DNA from: Coniocarpon cinnabarinum
Taxonomy: Eukaryota
Assembly (NCBI GenBank): GCA_051942205.1
Contig: JAVECO010000090.1
Location: 62,001 to 91,763, forward strand
Direction of reading: 5' to 3'
DNA length: 29,763 nucleotides
Made by a program: the position numbers and the translations under genes. The notes beneath the pieces were generated by a model. It was not told the DNA's origin, searched no databases, and saw nothing but the letters and a program-made list of their open reading frames with translations. Of the stretch, positions 1-9,235 are shown piece by piece (the first letter of the stretch is position 1; each line of letters begins with the position of its first letter).

Positions 1-396
1 TGACTACTCCCAGAGCGCGGAGGCAGTTCGTCGGAAAAGATTGGTGCAGTGCCTGTGGAGGAGGTGGGCAGGGCGTTGGAAAAGACACTCGAGGAGGTAT
101 CTGATAGGATGTCGGCGTTTGAAGCCGTTCGCTTCCGTTGCTGGAATTGAAGATCTAATTCAGGCTGGATGGAGTCCAATGACCGATTTTCCCAGCCTTT
201 ACTGATCTTGATGCTTGCCAAAGCCAATCGATCTTGTAGAGCTCGGGTCATCTGGCAAAGGGTAGTCAGTCAACGGGCGGGACGGTGATGAACATCATGC
301 ACAGCCGCCAACGCTACTCACCATCGATACTCGAGCTCTGCGAAGAACCTTATCCGCGACATCGTGAGGCTGGTCTAAATCATCTGACAAAGACAT
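1..396 (-). CDS. Whi5/Nrm1-like G1/S transcriptional repressor-domain protein, 5' part (runs off the left edge); exons 396-322 and 251-<1
   Basis: ATG at 396. Intron 321-252 has GTGAGT, branch ACTGAC and CAG. The spliced frame reads MSLSDDLDQPHDVADKVLRRARVSM/MTRALQDRLALASIKISKGWENRSLDSIQPEL, matching the Whi5-family L..RL..A..K...GW...SLD motif. The frame stays open to position 1. Confidence 0.75.
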
Positions 397-960
397 AACC
401 GCTGGGTTGATTCCAAGCCGCTTCCTTGGTCTCTAGGAAAGGCTCTGCGTGCGGTTGAGCAAGCGCTGACGAGGCTGAGCAACGGGATGCAGGAAGGTGT
501 GCAACGGAAAGGACTGGAGCAAAAGATCAGAGTTAGTGCTGGACTCGAGACTGTTCAGGAATCAGAAGTCAGAACGCCATCCTGAGCCGGGCGTTTAAGA
601 CAATGGAAGGAAGGGTCCTTTTCGCAGCAGGGGAGTAAGACCGGGTGGTTGGCATTTGCAGAAGAGGAGGGCTGGGCAGGCGGGATGAGTACATAAGCAG
701 ATCGGCGATGGGGTGCGGCGGCTAGCGCTAGTGAGCCCTGCCAGGCGTGCATTCCGCGACGCCCAGCCAGCCCCAGCAGCGCACCACGTGACTCTTGGGG
801 TTTGCTACCTTAGAGGTCAGGCATATTTCAAGGGCGGGCGGGCAAAGAATGGAAGCGTCGGAAGCGGCAAGGCGGCATCGAGAATGTCGCAAGAAAAGGT
901 CCCAAGCAACAAGCTGAGCCTTGGCGCTGCAGGCCGTGACGAAGCGTCAGAAATGTGCCA

Positions 961-999
961 GCAGTAGCAGTAGCAGTAGCAGTAGCAGTAGCAGTAGCA
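961..999. repeat. (GCAGTA)6 hexanucleotide microsatellite in the divergent intergenic region
   Basis: Six perfect GCAGTA units at 961-996 plus a partial unit. Confidence 0.95.
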
Positions 1000-1393
1000 C
1001 AGCAGGTAACCTCAGGTAGATCTTGCTGCGTGCTGCGCAGGTTTTAGCTTGCAATTAATCACCTCAACGCTACCCACTCTGCCCATCCTCGCCCGCACCA
1101 GCTTCATCCCGGCCCTTATCTTCTCGTCTCCCTCGTCGCCTTGTTCGCACCGCTGGCTGATGCGGCCGATTTAGCCTCTACTTCCCTGCTCGACCCTTCC
1201 ACCACGCTCGGTTTTTATATCGCACCCTGGTTCAATCACCCATCCCGTATATCCCTCGCCGCGCCTGCCCGTCCTGCGACTGCTTTTCACGGCCACGTTG
1301 ACCTTTCTTTCCACGTTCGTTGAGCCTCAGTCAAGCATCCACGCTCGTTGACGCACGACTGTCTTGCCCAGGTCGATTGGCTCGTTGCGGAAC

Positions 1394-3864
1394 ATGCCCA
1401 CGTTTTTGAAAGATCTCCGACGTCTCTCGAGGAGCAACATTCGCTCCAAGGACAAAGGCGATTACTCCAGCGGCTCCTCTGAAGCTCCCTCAACAAAGAC
1501 GAATGATTCCGCCGCCGAGAGCCAAACAACGAACAACTCCTCGCCTCCGCCTCTGCCGCAACGGGAAAAGTCTTTCAACGATGCTCCACCCCCGGTACCG
1601 CAAAGACCGGCTATACATCCGTCGAGAAGCAATCGATACAGCATCATCGTGAGCTCCTCACTCTCACACCAACATGCCCGCTCTGGACTGGACTAACTAT
1701 CTCGATCAGGGTGGCAGCTCTGCCACATTAGCCAACTCCGTGGCATCATCTAATCGTTCCCCTACATCGCCATATGCACCGCAAGTACTGTCAGTGTCGG
1801 ATAATTCGTGGGTAGGTAGTGGATTGAGAACATACAGGCGAGCCTGAGCTGATTTGTCCCGAGGTACACCAAAAAGTGCTCTTGATCTATGGGCAGATTG
1901 GGGAACCAGCACAGCAACCATTTGATGGGACTCTATGGGTTTGCCATCACCAAGACAGCTTTCCCGCTGTTGCTTGGCCAGTCTGCGATTCCCACTTCAA
2001 AGCTCTTGTTCATCTTCAACCCGGCCCGAACAAATTACGGCTCGATTTCGTTTGCCCGAAATTGAACAATGGCGCTCCTCACTCGTCTTGGATCAACATC
2101 AACTACTTGCCATACGTCTCGGCACCTCCACTGGATTTAGTGATTCTGCTTGGTCGAGATTCCAAAGGTGAATTTGACGCAGTACCGGAGAGAAAAGCTC
2201 GGGAGGGCAATGGCTTGGACACTGCGGTCAAAAAGTTCAAGATGGCAGCATATCTGTGGCAGGCTTTCACGGGCGAGCAGATGAACAGGAACGGGTTTGG
2301 CAGAAGGTGCTTTCGGTTCGACGAAGATTGGCAAAAGGGAACATTGTCATGTCGAGACGCAGACGCTGGCGTTATGCGCAACGAGGCACGGATCCATGTC
2401 GTCAGGTCAGACAAAACAGTGGCGCAATTACGAGATCCCGAAGTCGCTCAGCAAAACAAAAGTGCGAAGAAACAGGGCGATCTCTTCACATACGCCGGAG
2501 AGGCGGTCAGGAAGTACTTTGGCGATTCCATTGGCAATGGACGAACACGATACGTCACCGTGCTGTTGCTAGACTCGCATTGGGATACCAAACGACAACT
2601 AGTTCTCGGGCATGCAGCACTTGGCGGTGGTGGCGACGGTCTGCAGCTGGCGGTCTTTGGTTCCCACGCACTGCAAAGCTATCCGACCTGCTTGGAAGAA
2701 GTGGTTCCAGCTTTTACAGACTGCACGCGGACCGACACCAATTTTGTGGCTAATGACCTGAACGAGTCGGGCAGCAATTGGGAAGCTGCCAATATTGGTA
2801 TTGGAGCCCACATGCACGAGACTGGCCATCTCTTCGGTTGTCCTCACCAGGAAAGCGGTGTCATGCTGCGGGACTATGTCCGCCTCAATCGCACATTCAC
2901 CACGCGTGAACCCTATTCTACTCGGACCAAGTCCCCTGGTCAACGACTGTGCCTGCCAAAGGACGAGTGCGCTTGGCATCGACTGGACTGCTTACGCTTT
3001 CGCTTCCATCCCTGTTTCTGCTTACCAACAGACGCGCCCATTGCGACGGACGATAATGTCCAGGTGTGGTCCGTTGATAATGGCGATGTCATGGTGACAT
3101 CTTCAACGGGCTTAGCCTTCGTCGAAATGCAGCCAGAGGGCGACGGGGAGTGTCACGCCTGGATTGAGTATCTTGCAGAAGGCATGGGACCCAACGGGTT
3201 GCCGAAACAAATGGTGCTTTCCGAGAACGACCTACGCAAGCGCATACCGGGCAAAAACTCGAAGAACAAATTGAAAGTCGAAGTCTTCTCTGCCGGCGGC
3301 AACAAGCACGTCGTCGACGACTTCCACGCTTTGACTTCAAAGACGGCCAAAGTCAGGCTTGCTGATGGCCGAACGGGTTATAAGAGCAGCAAACTGGGCT
3401 TCTCCAACATGGATGGCAGCCAACCCACAGAAGTACTCTGGGGCAGCTTCGTTGATCAAAAGAAGCTGATGACCGCCGTCAGAATCTTTGCTGGCTATGC
3501 ATTTGACGGCATTGAGTTCTTTTACGAAGATCGCTCGAGCGAACTCTTTGGCAAGCGCGGCGGGTCACCCCAAGATTTTGTACTTGACACTCGCCGCGGG
3601 GAACAGATATTTGGCTTCTATCTTCGAGCTGGTGCGTGGATCGATGGTCTGCAAATCTTAACCAGTCTTGGTCGACGGTCGCCGGTGTATGGCAACGCGA
3701 CAGGTGGCTCTGGGTAAGTTCATCTGTTCTGATCAAGTTCAACGAAGCAGCTAACAAGTTCCTGTAGTCACATGCTTATCCCACCTCGTGGATACGCTAT
3801 TGCTGGCATCTCGGGGTCCTGCGCTCAGTGGGTTGACGGCTTCCAATTGATCATTGCGCGATGA
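1394..3864 (+). CDS. Putative zinc metallopeptidase with C-terminal jacalin-like lectin domain (yeast YIL108W-like); exons 1394-1648, 1710-1811, 1864-3713, 3768-3864
   Basis: Zinc motif HETGHLFGCPH (HExxHxxGxxH). C-terminal G-x-A/W-I/F/V-D-G jacalin-type repeats. Three GT-AG introns with branch sites GACTAAC, GCTGAT and GCTAAC join into one frame ending ...WVDGFQLIIAR*. Confidence 0.88.
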
Positions 3865-4475
3865 GCTTCGTTTTAGCATTGTTGCTCTCTTGAACAATCT
3901 GCATCATAGGCGTTGGTATTATTTTGCATTTGCAACGTCAGATTTGAGCGGCATCCTACAGAGAGTCTAACGATAATGAGTATTGGTAAAGGACGATGTC
4001 TGGCATGGGGGCGTGGCGGCTTCTGAGCATTGAAGTGTCTGAACTGCCACGTTGAGCATGACGCATAAGATTGGAGACAAGCGTGCATGGATAGACTTTA
4101 ATTCACAAAATGATACCCTACCTATAGTGTCTGCGTTATTCATCAATCTCACGGTCCTTCCCACCCTTTAAACTCATCCAAGCTGAAATGGTTCGCACGC
4201 ACACATATCACGATCCAAGTGCACCACAACAAGGTTCAGTCAAGCCAGTGGGTACCGTCTCTCGCAGACACGCTCCCTCTTCATTCCTCGTGACCACATC
4301 CAACGTACAACCAATCAGTCTACGATCCAACTCACGTCCTCCTCTTCCTTGCGCTTCCAACAACGCTACCACCGTTCCCTCCAAGCAAAGCTATTACCAC
4401 CCCTTCCGAGCCATACCCACCAGCACCATACTCTTCAAGTCACAGTCATCAGCCCCAACCTCTCCATGACCAAAG

Positions 4476-5621
4476 CTACCACCACCCCAACCACACCCCC
4501 GTCATCAACACCACCATCACAAACCCGTAATTCATGCGCTCCGCCGTATCAATACTACACCACCCAAGTCGATCTGAAATGAACTGAAAGAAAAGTACAC
4601 TACCCGTTATGAAGCCCGCGATTAACAGGCCTTGTAATGTACCGATGATGAGGCGGTTGACGTGCGTTCGCCAGGTCGTTACTTCAGGCGAGGGTTGATT
4701 TGGAGGATTGGCTGTGTTGGGGTTCCGGGGCAGGGAGGCGTGGCGTGGATGTGCTTGGTGGCGTGGCCGGTCTGGCTGAGGTTGAATGGTGGCCTGAGGT
4801 CGAGATGTGGGTTGGATGTGATTGCTTTGGATGTCTTTTGGCGACCATACAGGCCGATTCTTGAGAGCGGATGACGACTTGAATGGGTTATGAGATGATG
4901 AAGGCCGAGGCGTCCAGTGGAATGCGCGTCGTAACGCCGCATCGCGGGTTGATCGCGCAAGCCGGGAACTCGACGGATGCGCAAGCTCGTCGGCAGCGAG
5001 CTCGTCAGCAAGTGCGTCAGTATCGAGCGCATTAGTGGCGCGTTGCGTCAAACGCCGCAAGCGTGAGCGCGACCGAGACGTCCTTTTCCTCGGATCCCCA
5101 GTCAACCCCGAAGCCGAAGACGAAGCCGCAGAATCATTTACGTCGTCGGTTGCGTTTCTAGAAAGACGCCTGGGACGACCACGTCCGCGCTTCTCCGACT
5201 CCCCTTCCGGGTCTCTTTGCAGACGTCGCCGATTCTCGTGCATATTCTCATGCGCTTCGAGGAGACGCTGTGCATTTTGTGAACTTTCAGCCGCAGGGCT
5301 CCAAGCGTCCAAGTCCGTGGAGGCAGATTTAGTAGACGGCGATCGGCTTGTTCGCGACGATGACTTTGATCTGCGGTATGTACTAATAGGGGAATTGGAA
5401 GCTTGCGCGAGAGTCGCTGCGGATGGACCGGGTACACGGACTTGGACTTGGTATTCAGGCTTAGCACCGGGAGTGTGATGCGGAGTAAATGGTGGAGGTG
5501 ATCGTGCTTGAGGTTGGACCACGGGCGTAGTTGCCTGACTTTGTGGCGTTTCTTTCCCTGCGATGCGCGTTGAGCGACGGGTGGGCGTCTGTGGGACGGC
5601 TGCTTGGGCTTTGCGGGCCAT
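4476..5621 (-). CDS. Hypothetical protein: disordered basic S/P/R-rich N-terminus with AT-hook-like motif and two C-terminal transmembrane helices
   Basis: 381-aa ATG-initiated ORF. Contains KRGRGRPRR. Hydrophobic segments LIIGTLQGLLIAGFITGSVLFFQF and YGFVMVVLMTGVWLGWW. Confidence 0.75.
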   Translation of the reverse strand: MARKAQAAVPQTPTRRSTRIAGKETPQSQATTPVVQPQARSPPPFTPHHTPGAKPEYQVQVRVPGPSAATLAQASNSPISTYRRSKSSSRTSRSPSTKSASTDLDAWSPAAESSQNAQRLLEAHENMHENRRRLQRDPEGESEKRGRGRPRRLSRNATDDVNDSAASSSASGLTGDPRKRTSRSRSRLRRLTQRATNALDTDALADELAADELAHPSSSRLARSTRDAALRRAFHWTPRPSSSHNPFKSSSALKNRPVWSPKDIQSNHIQPTSRPQATIQPQPDRPRHQAHPRHASLPRNPNTANPPNQPSPEVTTWRTHVNRLIIGTLQGLLIAGFITGSVLFFQFISDRLGWCSIDTAERMNYGFVMVVLMTGVWLGWW

Positions 5622-6830
5622 GGCTAGGATTTACAGAGCGGTATGGTGGCGTCGCGAGATTGCTGTTTAGTCAGGCCTGGGCAGATCAACTTGATGAAAT
5701 TGGGACGGGGCCGTGGTTGAAAGATCGCTTCTTTGTTCATGGCCGGATTTGCTATGTTGATGACATTGCTTTGTCTTTGCGCTTGTTAGGGATGCTGCTG
5801 CTGCAAAATGGGTGTTTGATGCTTTGTTTGCCTTGTTGCTATGGAGCCAGCCAGCAAACCACGCCCGCGCTTATAGTGCATTTGCAAAGACGTTTCTGCA
5901 TTGAGCTTTGCCTGTGATTAGCGCGCTTGAGATGCCGATCTACTGTCGTCAAGATGTACTTCCTAGTTTTACCTACCTGTGATTATAAGTGTACGGCTGA
6001 TGTTGTGATGCGCATTGCGGTTTGGTGACATATGTATATCATGTGCCGCATCCACTCGTCTGAAACGCATCTCTGCTAGCGAAGTAACCATGGATGCCAG
6101 CATTAGGATTTCAAGGGGGCCACTGCTCCGTTAACTTTCATAACCAAACGTCCTAGTAGCGCGTTGGCGATTGGTTGAGTGGCTGTTCAGAGGTCCACGT
6201 TGAGGGGGAAGCAAGATACTGAATATGTGACAGATATATAGTTCCGTCAGGTCAAGATCGGACGCCATTAATCCCAACGAAACTTTGCTGGTCGAATCGA
6301 TCATCGTCATCGCCAGATAGAGTGCACGTTCCTTCATTCTATAGATATAATAAGCGATGCTAAGATCCGGGCATATAACTACAAGCAGTATTTTACATCG
6401 TCTACAAGCTTGTCTCGAAGTCAATGTGGATTGCAAGAGCCGTAATCATAAGATTAGTAACGTTACGAGACAAAAGAAAATAGTAGAGATGGCTTCGGGC
6501 ATAGATCGTATGCAAGGGGTATGAAAGATGATCACAGCGACTTATTCTAGTGTCTTGAAATTAATCCAGGTTTCATACTCAATAATCTGCCTCTGTCGCG
6601 TCTCGTCCATTATCTGCTGCCTCGAGAGTTGTTCATATTAAGCGGTCTATTAGGAACAGCCTAAACTACCTCTCCGTGCATGCTTTCGTACAACGCAGAG
6701 GGTGCGAGAGAAGGTGAGCGCCTATGTGCCCAGGGCATGTAGGCAATTATGCACTGCCTTGAATAACCAGAGGTGGTCGGTACGGGATATTGCAAAAGGT
6801 AAAAATCTCGGGTGTACTTCCAGATGGGGT

Positions 6831-6849
6831 AAAAAAAGGCGAAAAAAAA
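6831..6849 (-). terminator. RNA polymerase III terminator (T8, then T7) downstream of tRNA-Asp
   Basis: A-runs on the + strand at 6842-6849 and 6831-6837. The first begins 9 nt past the discriminator base at 6858. Confidence 0.8.
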
Positions 6850-6892
6850 TGGCACTACTCTCGATCGGGGAATCGAACCCCGGTCTCCCGCG

Positions 6893-6941
6893 CCTGTACC
6901 TTTCACCTCTACTTAGGGAAGTAGAAGGTGATAGAGTTAGG
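6893..6941 (-). other. Canonical-position (37/38) tRNA intron, 49 nt
   Basis: Starts one base 3' of the anticodon. Internal hairpin TCACCTTCTACTT-CCCT-AAGTAGAGGTGA. Its 3' end ACAGG can pair with CTTGT of the anticodon arm. The boundary is ambiguous by 1 nt because a C flanks both ends. Confidence 0.88.
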
Positions 6942-6954
6942 TGACAAGCGGAAA

Positions 6955-7138
6955 CTACGTTAGGGTTAGTCAACCTAATCAGAAGGTGGAGGCAGATGGT
7001 GAAGGTAAAGGCGTGGAAGCAGAAGGCAGAGGCACGTGGGGTGTCATAAGCCTAGCAACATATCCTCAAGCCTTTTACCCCCATCTTCGTCCATTCGAAC
7101 ATGGATGAAGCACGTGATGGATAAAGTCTATAACTCAC
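6955..7138 (-). other. Spliceosomal-type (GT-AG) intron, 184 nt, inside the tRNA D-stem between positions 24 and 25
   Basis: 5' GTGAGT at 7138-7133, pyrimidine-rich tract at about 7034-6981, branch consensus GACTAAC followed by a second CTAAC (6971-6959), and 3' TAG at 6957-6955. Precise removal restores the D-stem and the tRNA length. Confidence 0.85.
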
Positions 7139-7204
7139 TCATGACCACTAGACCAATCGAGACTGAACCGCTTCTCGCAGTTGATTGTGAAATGAAATTT
7201 CAAA

Positions 7205-7220
7205 AAATAATATATATTGT
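7205..7220 (-). promoter_or_regulatory. AT-rich TATA-like element about 50 nt upstream of the mature tRNA 5' end
   Basis: AATATATATTATTTT on the minus strand, the most AT-rich patch locally. Position is compatible with a TFIIIB/TBP site. Confidence 0.4.
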
Positions 7221-7552
7221 TTCTATCTAACACATCCAGCTTCATCCCGTAGTGTTCGCAGTGATCCCTTGCAATACTACTTCGGTACTAATCATCAGAA
7301 GTTACGAGTACTCAAGCATCGCTCCGCACGTCGTGAAATTACTCGATAAGCAGGCAGGTAATTCAGCCTCAGTTTTCGCGGCGAGATAATCCGAGAGGCC
7401 GATGATAGACGTCACCCGAAGTTCTCACGCTCGAGAATTAGTCGCAAGTAAATTACAAGTTCTCTGCTCGTGGCTAAATGCTTCTACCTGGATGATGAGG
7501 ACGGACTTGACGTACTGACTTTCCACGCCGGTATCAGACTCGAACACACATC

Positions 7553-8527
7553 ATGACGGCACCCACTGCATTCTCTCAGTACCCATCCAACGCGCCCGCA
7601 CATGGTCAACCTGCCCATCTTCTTCCCGCGACTCTAACACCCCTCGTCACGTCTTGGCTAGCCGAAGACACACCCTCGCTCGATTACGGCGGCTTCGTGG
7701 TTGGCTCTGGCGCCGCGACTGCTAAGCTCCTTGGCAAATCGCAGGGCGTCGTTGCGGGCATTCCCTTCTTCAACGAGGTCTTCAAGCAGCTCGACTGTAC
7801 AGTAGAGTGGCACGTACGAGAGGGACAAGAGATCAAAGCCGTGACTGAGTGCGCGACCGTGAGTGGCGAGATCAGAAAGATCCTATTAGGTGAGCGTGTC
7901 GCACTGAACTGTCTGGCTCGATGTAGTGGCATCGCGACAAAGACGGCTAGTATGGTGAGGTTGGTAAGAGAAGCAGGATACAAAGGGGTGTTAGCAGGGA
8001 CAAGGAAGACAACGCCTGGGTTTCGCCTCGTGGAGAAATACGGCATCCTTGTTGGAGGCGCGGATGGGCACCGTTATGACCTGAGCAGCATGGTCATGCT
8101 GAAAGATAATCACATCTGGTCATGTGCAGATACTTCACGGCTGCAGAATGGTGCGAGTAGGGGAAGCGACGTCACATCTCAAGCGATCACGAATGCGGTC
8201 CGAACGGCGAAAAGTGCCGCGGGCTTCAGTCTCAAGGTCGAAGTGGAGTGCCAGAGTTTTGAAGAAGCAAAGACGGCTATTGTAGCGGGCGCCGACGTAG
8301 TAATGCTAGACAACTTTGAGCCAGCAGACATGCGACGCACCGCGAAGAGACTAAAAGAGGAGACCAAAGGACCCGGCGGAGGCGGATTCTTGATCGAAGT
8401 GAGTGGAGGGTTGACGGAGGAGAATGTGCGGGAGTTTGTATGTGATGAGCTTGATGTGATCAGTACTAGTAGCATTCATCAAGGCGTAAAGCACGTCGAC
8501 TTCAGTCTGAAGGTCGTGAGACAATAG
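7553..8527 (+). CDS. BNA6: Nicotinate-nucleotide pyrophosphorylase (quinolinate phosphoribosyltransferase)
   Basis: Motifs WLAEDTPSLD, GERVALN, GTRKTTPGFR, HRYDLSSMVMLKDNH, EVEC, MLDNF, EVSGG and DFSLK. Confidence 0.96.
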   Translation: MTAPTAFSQYPSNAPAHGQPAHLLPATLTPLVTSWLAEDTPSLDYGGFVVGSGAATAKLLGKSQGVVAGIPFFNEVFKQLDCTVEWHVREGQEIKAVTECATVSGEIRKILLGERVALNCLARCSGIATKTASMVRLVREAGYKGVLAGTRKTTPGFRLVEKYGILVGGADGHRYDLSSMVMLKDNHIWSCADTSRLQNGASRGSDVTSQAITNAVRTAKSAAGFSLKVEVECQSFEEAKTAIVAGADVVMLDNFEPADMRRTAKRLKEETKGPGGGGFLIEVSGGLTEENVREFVCDELDVISTSSIHQGVKHVDFSLKVVRQ

Positions 8528-8658
8528 CATTTGTCTGGGCGCGTCGCTAATGCGCACATCGACGTCTAGTGCGGTGCTTCCTTCCCTCATCATCCTTCTG
8601 CGATTGGCCAACTTCACTTTACCGGCTGAAAACGCGCCGGCGGCTCAAGTAAATGTGA

Positions 8659-9128
8659 TCACATCTTTGCCTTCATCTCGTTCAACACCTTCTCCAGCTC
8701 TCCCTTATCTGCTTCTTGCGCAGGCCATTGAATGCCTAGCCCCTGCTCGGGGCTTGGCTTTGGGATCATGTGGAAATGAACGTGATCTACGACTTGGTGT
8801 GCGGCGCGTCCATTGTTTTGTAGAATGTTGTAGTTTTCTGCTCCCGACGCTGCAGCAAGCCTCTTCGAGACCCTCAGAACCTCAGATAACGAATCGTCAG
8901 GGATGTCTGTGAGCTTTGCACCGTGGTACTTTGGAATGATGAGAGCGTGTCCACGGCTGAGAGGCTGTATGTCGAGGAAAGCAAGTGTGAGATTCGATTC
9001 GAAGAGTTTCATTGACGGAATCTCGCCTGTAGAGTGCGTTTAGCTACATAAGCTGCACGTGCAGAGCGGAAAACGGCAAGCTTGCCTTTGATGATTTTGC
9101 AGAAGATGCACGACGCTTGAGACGCCAT
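8659..9128 (-). CDS. HNT1: HIT-family adenosine 5'-monophosphoramidase (Hint/Hnt1); exons 9128-9086, 9026-8659, GC-AG intron
   Basis: Spliced N-terminus MASQASCIFCKIIKG/EIPSMKL, then AFLDIQPLSRGHALIIPK and the histidine triad QVVDHVHFHMIP. Confidence 0.93.
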
Positions 9129-9227
9129 TTTCGTCTGAAAGTCTTTCACTAAACGTTTTTGAGGACCTAGATGGTTAAGCCCCTCTGAGCACTTCAGCAC
9201 GTAGTGAAGCTTTTCGCGGGGGCGCAA

Positions 9228-9235
9228 TGACGTCA
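9228..9235. promoter_or_regulatory. CRE-like palindrome TGACGTCA (ATF/CREB bZIP site) 100 nt upstream of the HNT1 ATG in the HNT1/U2AF1 divergent region
   Basis: Exact 8-bp palindrome. Function not demonstrated. Confidence 0.35.

Larger units (their letters stand above)
6858..7162 (-). tRNA. tRNA-Asp: tRNA-Asp(GTC) with two introns; exons 7162-7139, 6954-6942, 6892-6858
   Basis: Joined exons read TCTCGATTGGTCTAGTGGTCATGA|TTTCCGCTTGTCA|CGCGGGAGACCGGGGTTCGATTCCCCGATCGAGAG (72 nt). Perfect 7-bp acceptor stem TCTCGAT/ATCGAGA, D-stem GTC/GAT, anticodon stem TCCGC/GCGGG, anticodon GTC (6945-6943), T-arm CGGGG-TTCGATT-CCCCG and G73 discriminator typical of Asp. A-box TGGTCTAGTGG, B-box GGTTCGATTCC. 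Confidence 0.92.

Noticed and set aside
6978..7070. Intron-encoded C/D snoRNA inside the tRNA intron (TTGAGGA ... CTGA)
   Set aside because: The C box is degenerate, there is no clear terminal stem, and I recognise no rRNA or snRNA complement upstream of CTGA. The segment looks like a low-complexity pyrimidine tract. A snoscan run would settle it.
5650..7200. Telomerase RNA gene, suggested by the template-like CTAACCCTAAC at 6969-6959
   Set aside because: The motif is explained as the branch region of an intron whose removal restores a tRNA, and a Pol III terminator follows about 110 nt later. I could not identify a pseudoknot or CR4/5-like element.
6661..7230. Short ORFs overlapping the tRNA locus (6661-6906, 6702-6944, 6722-6973, 7036-7230)
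   Set aside because: No recognisable protein features, and they overlap a well-formed tRNA gene.
7350..7540. 5'-UTR intron of BNA6 (TACTGAC ... CAG near 7512-7537)
   Set aside because: Branch and acceptor are plausible, but only weak donor candidates exist. Not supportable without RNA data.
7553..9128. BNA6-HNT1 as a nucleotide/NAD metabolic cluster
   Set aside because: A convergent pair of housekeeping genes with no other pathway genes or shared promoter. Adjacency alone is not evidence.
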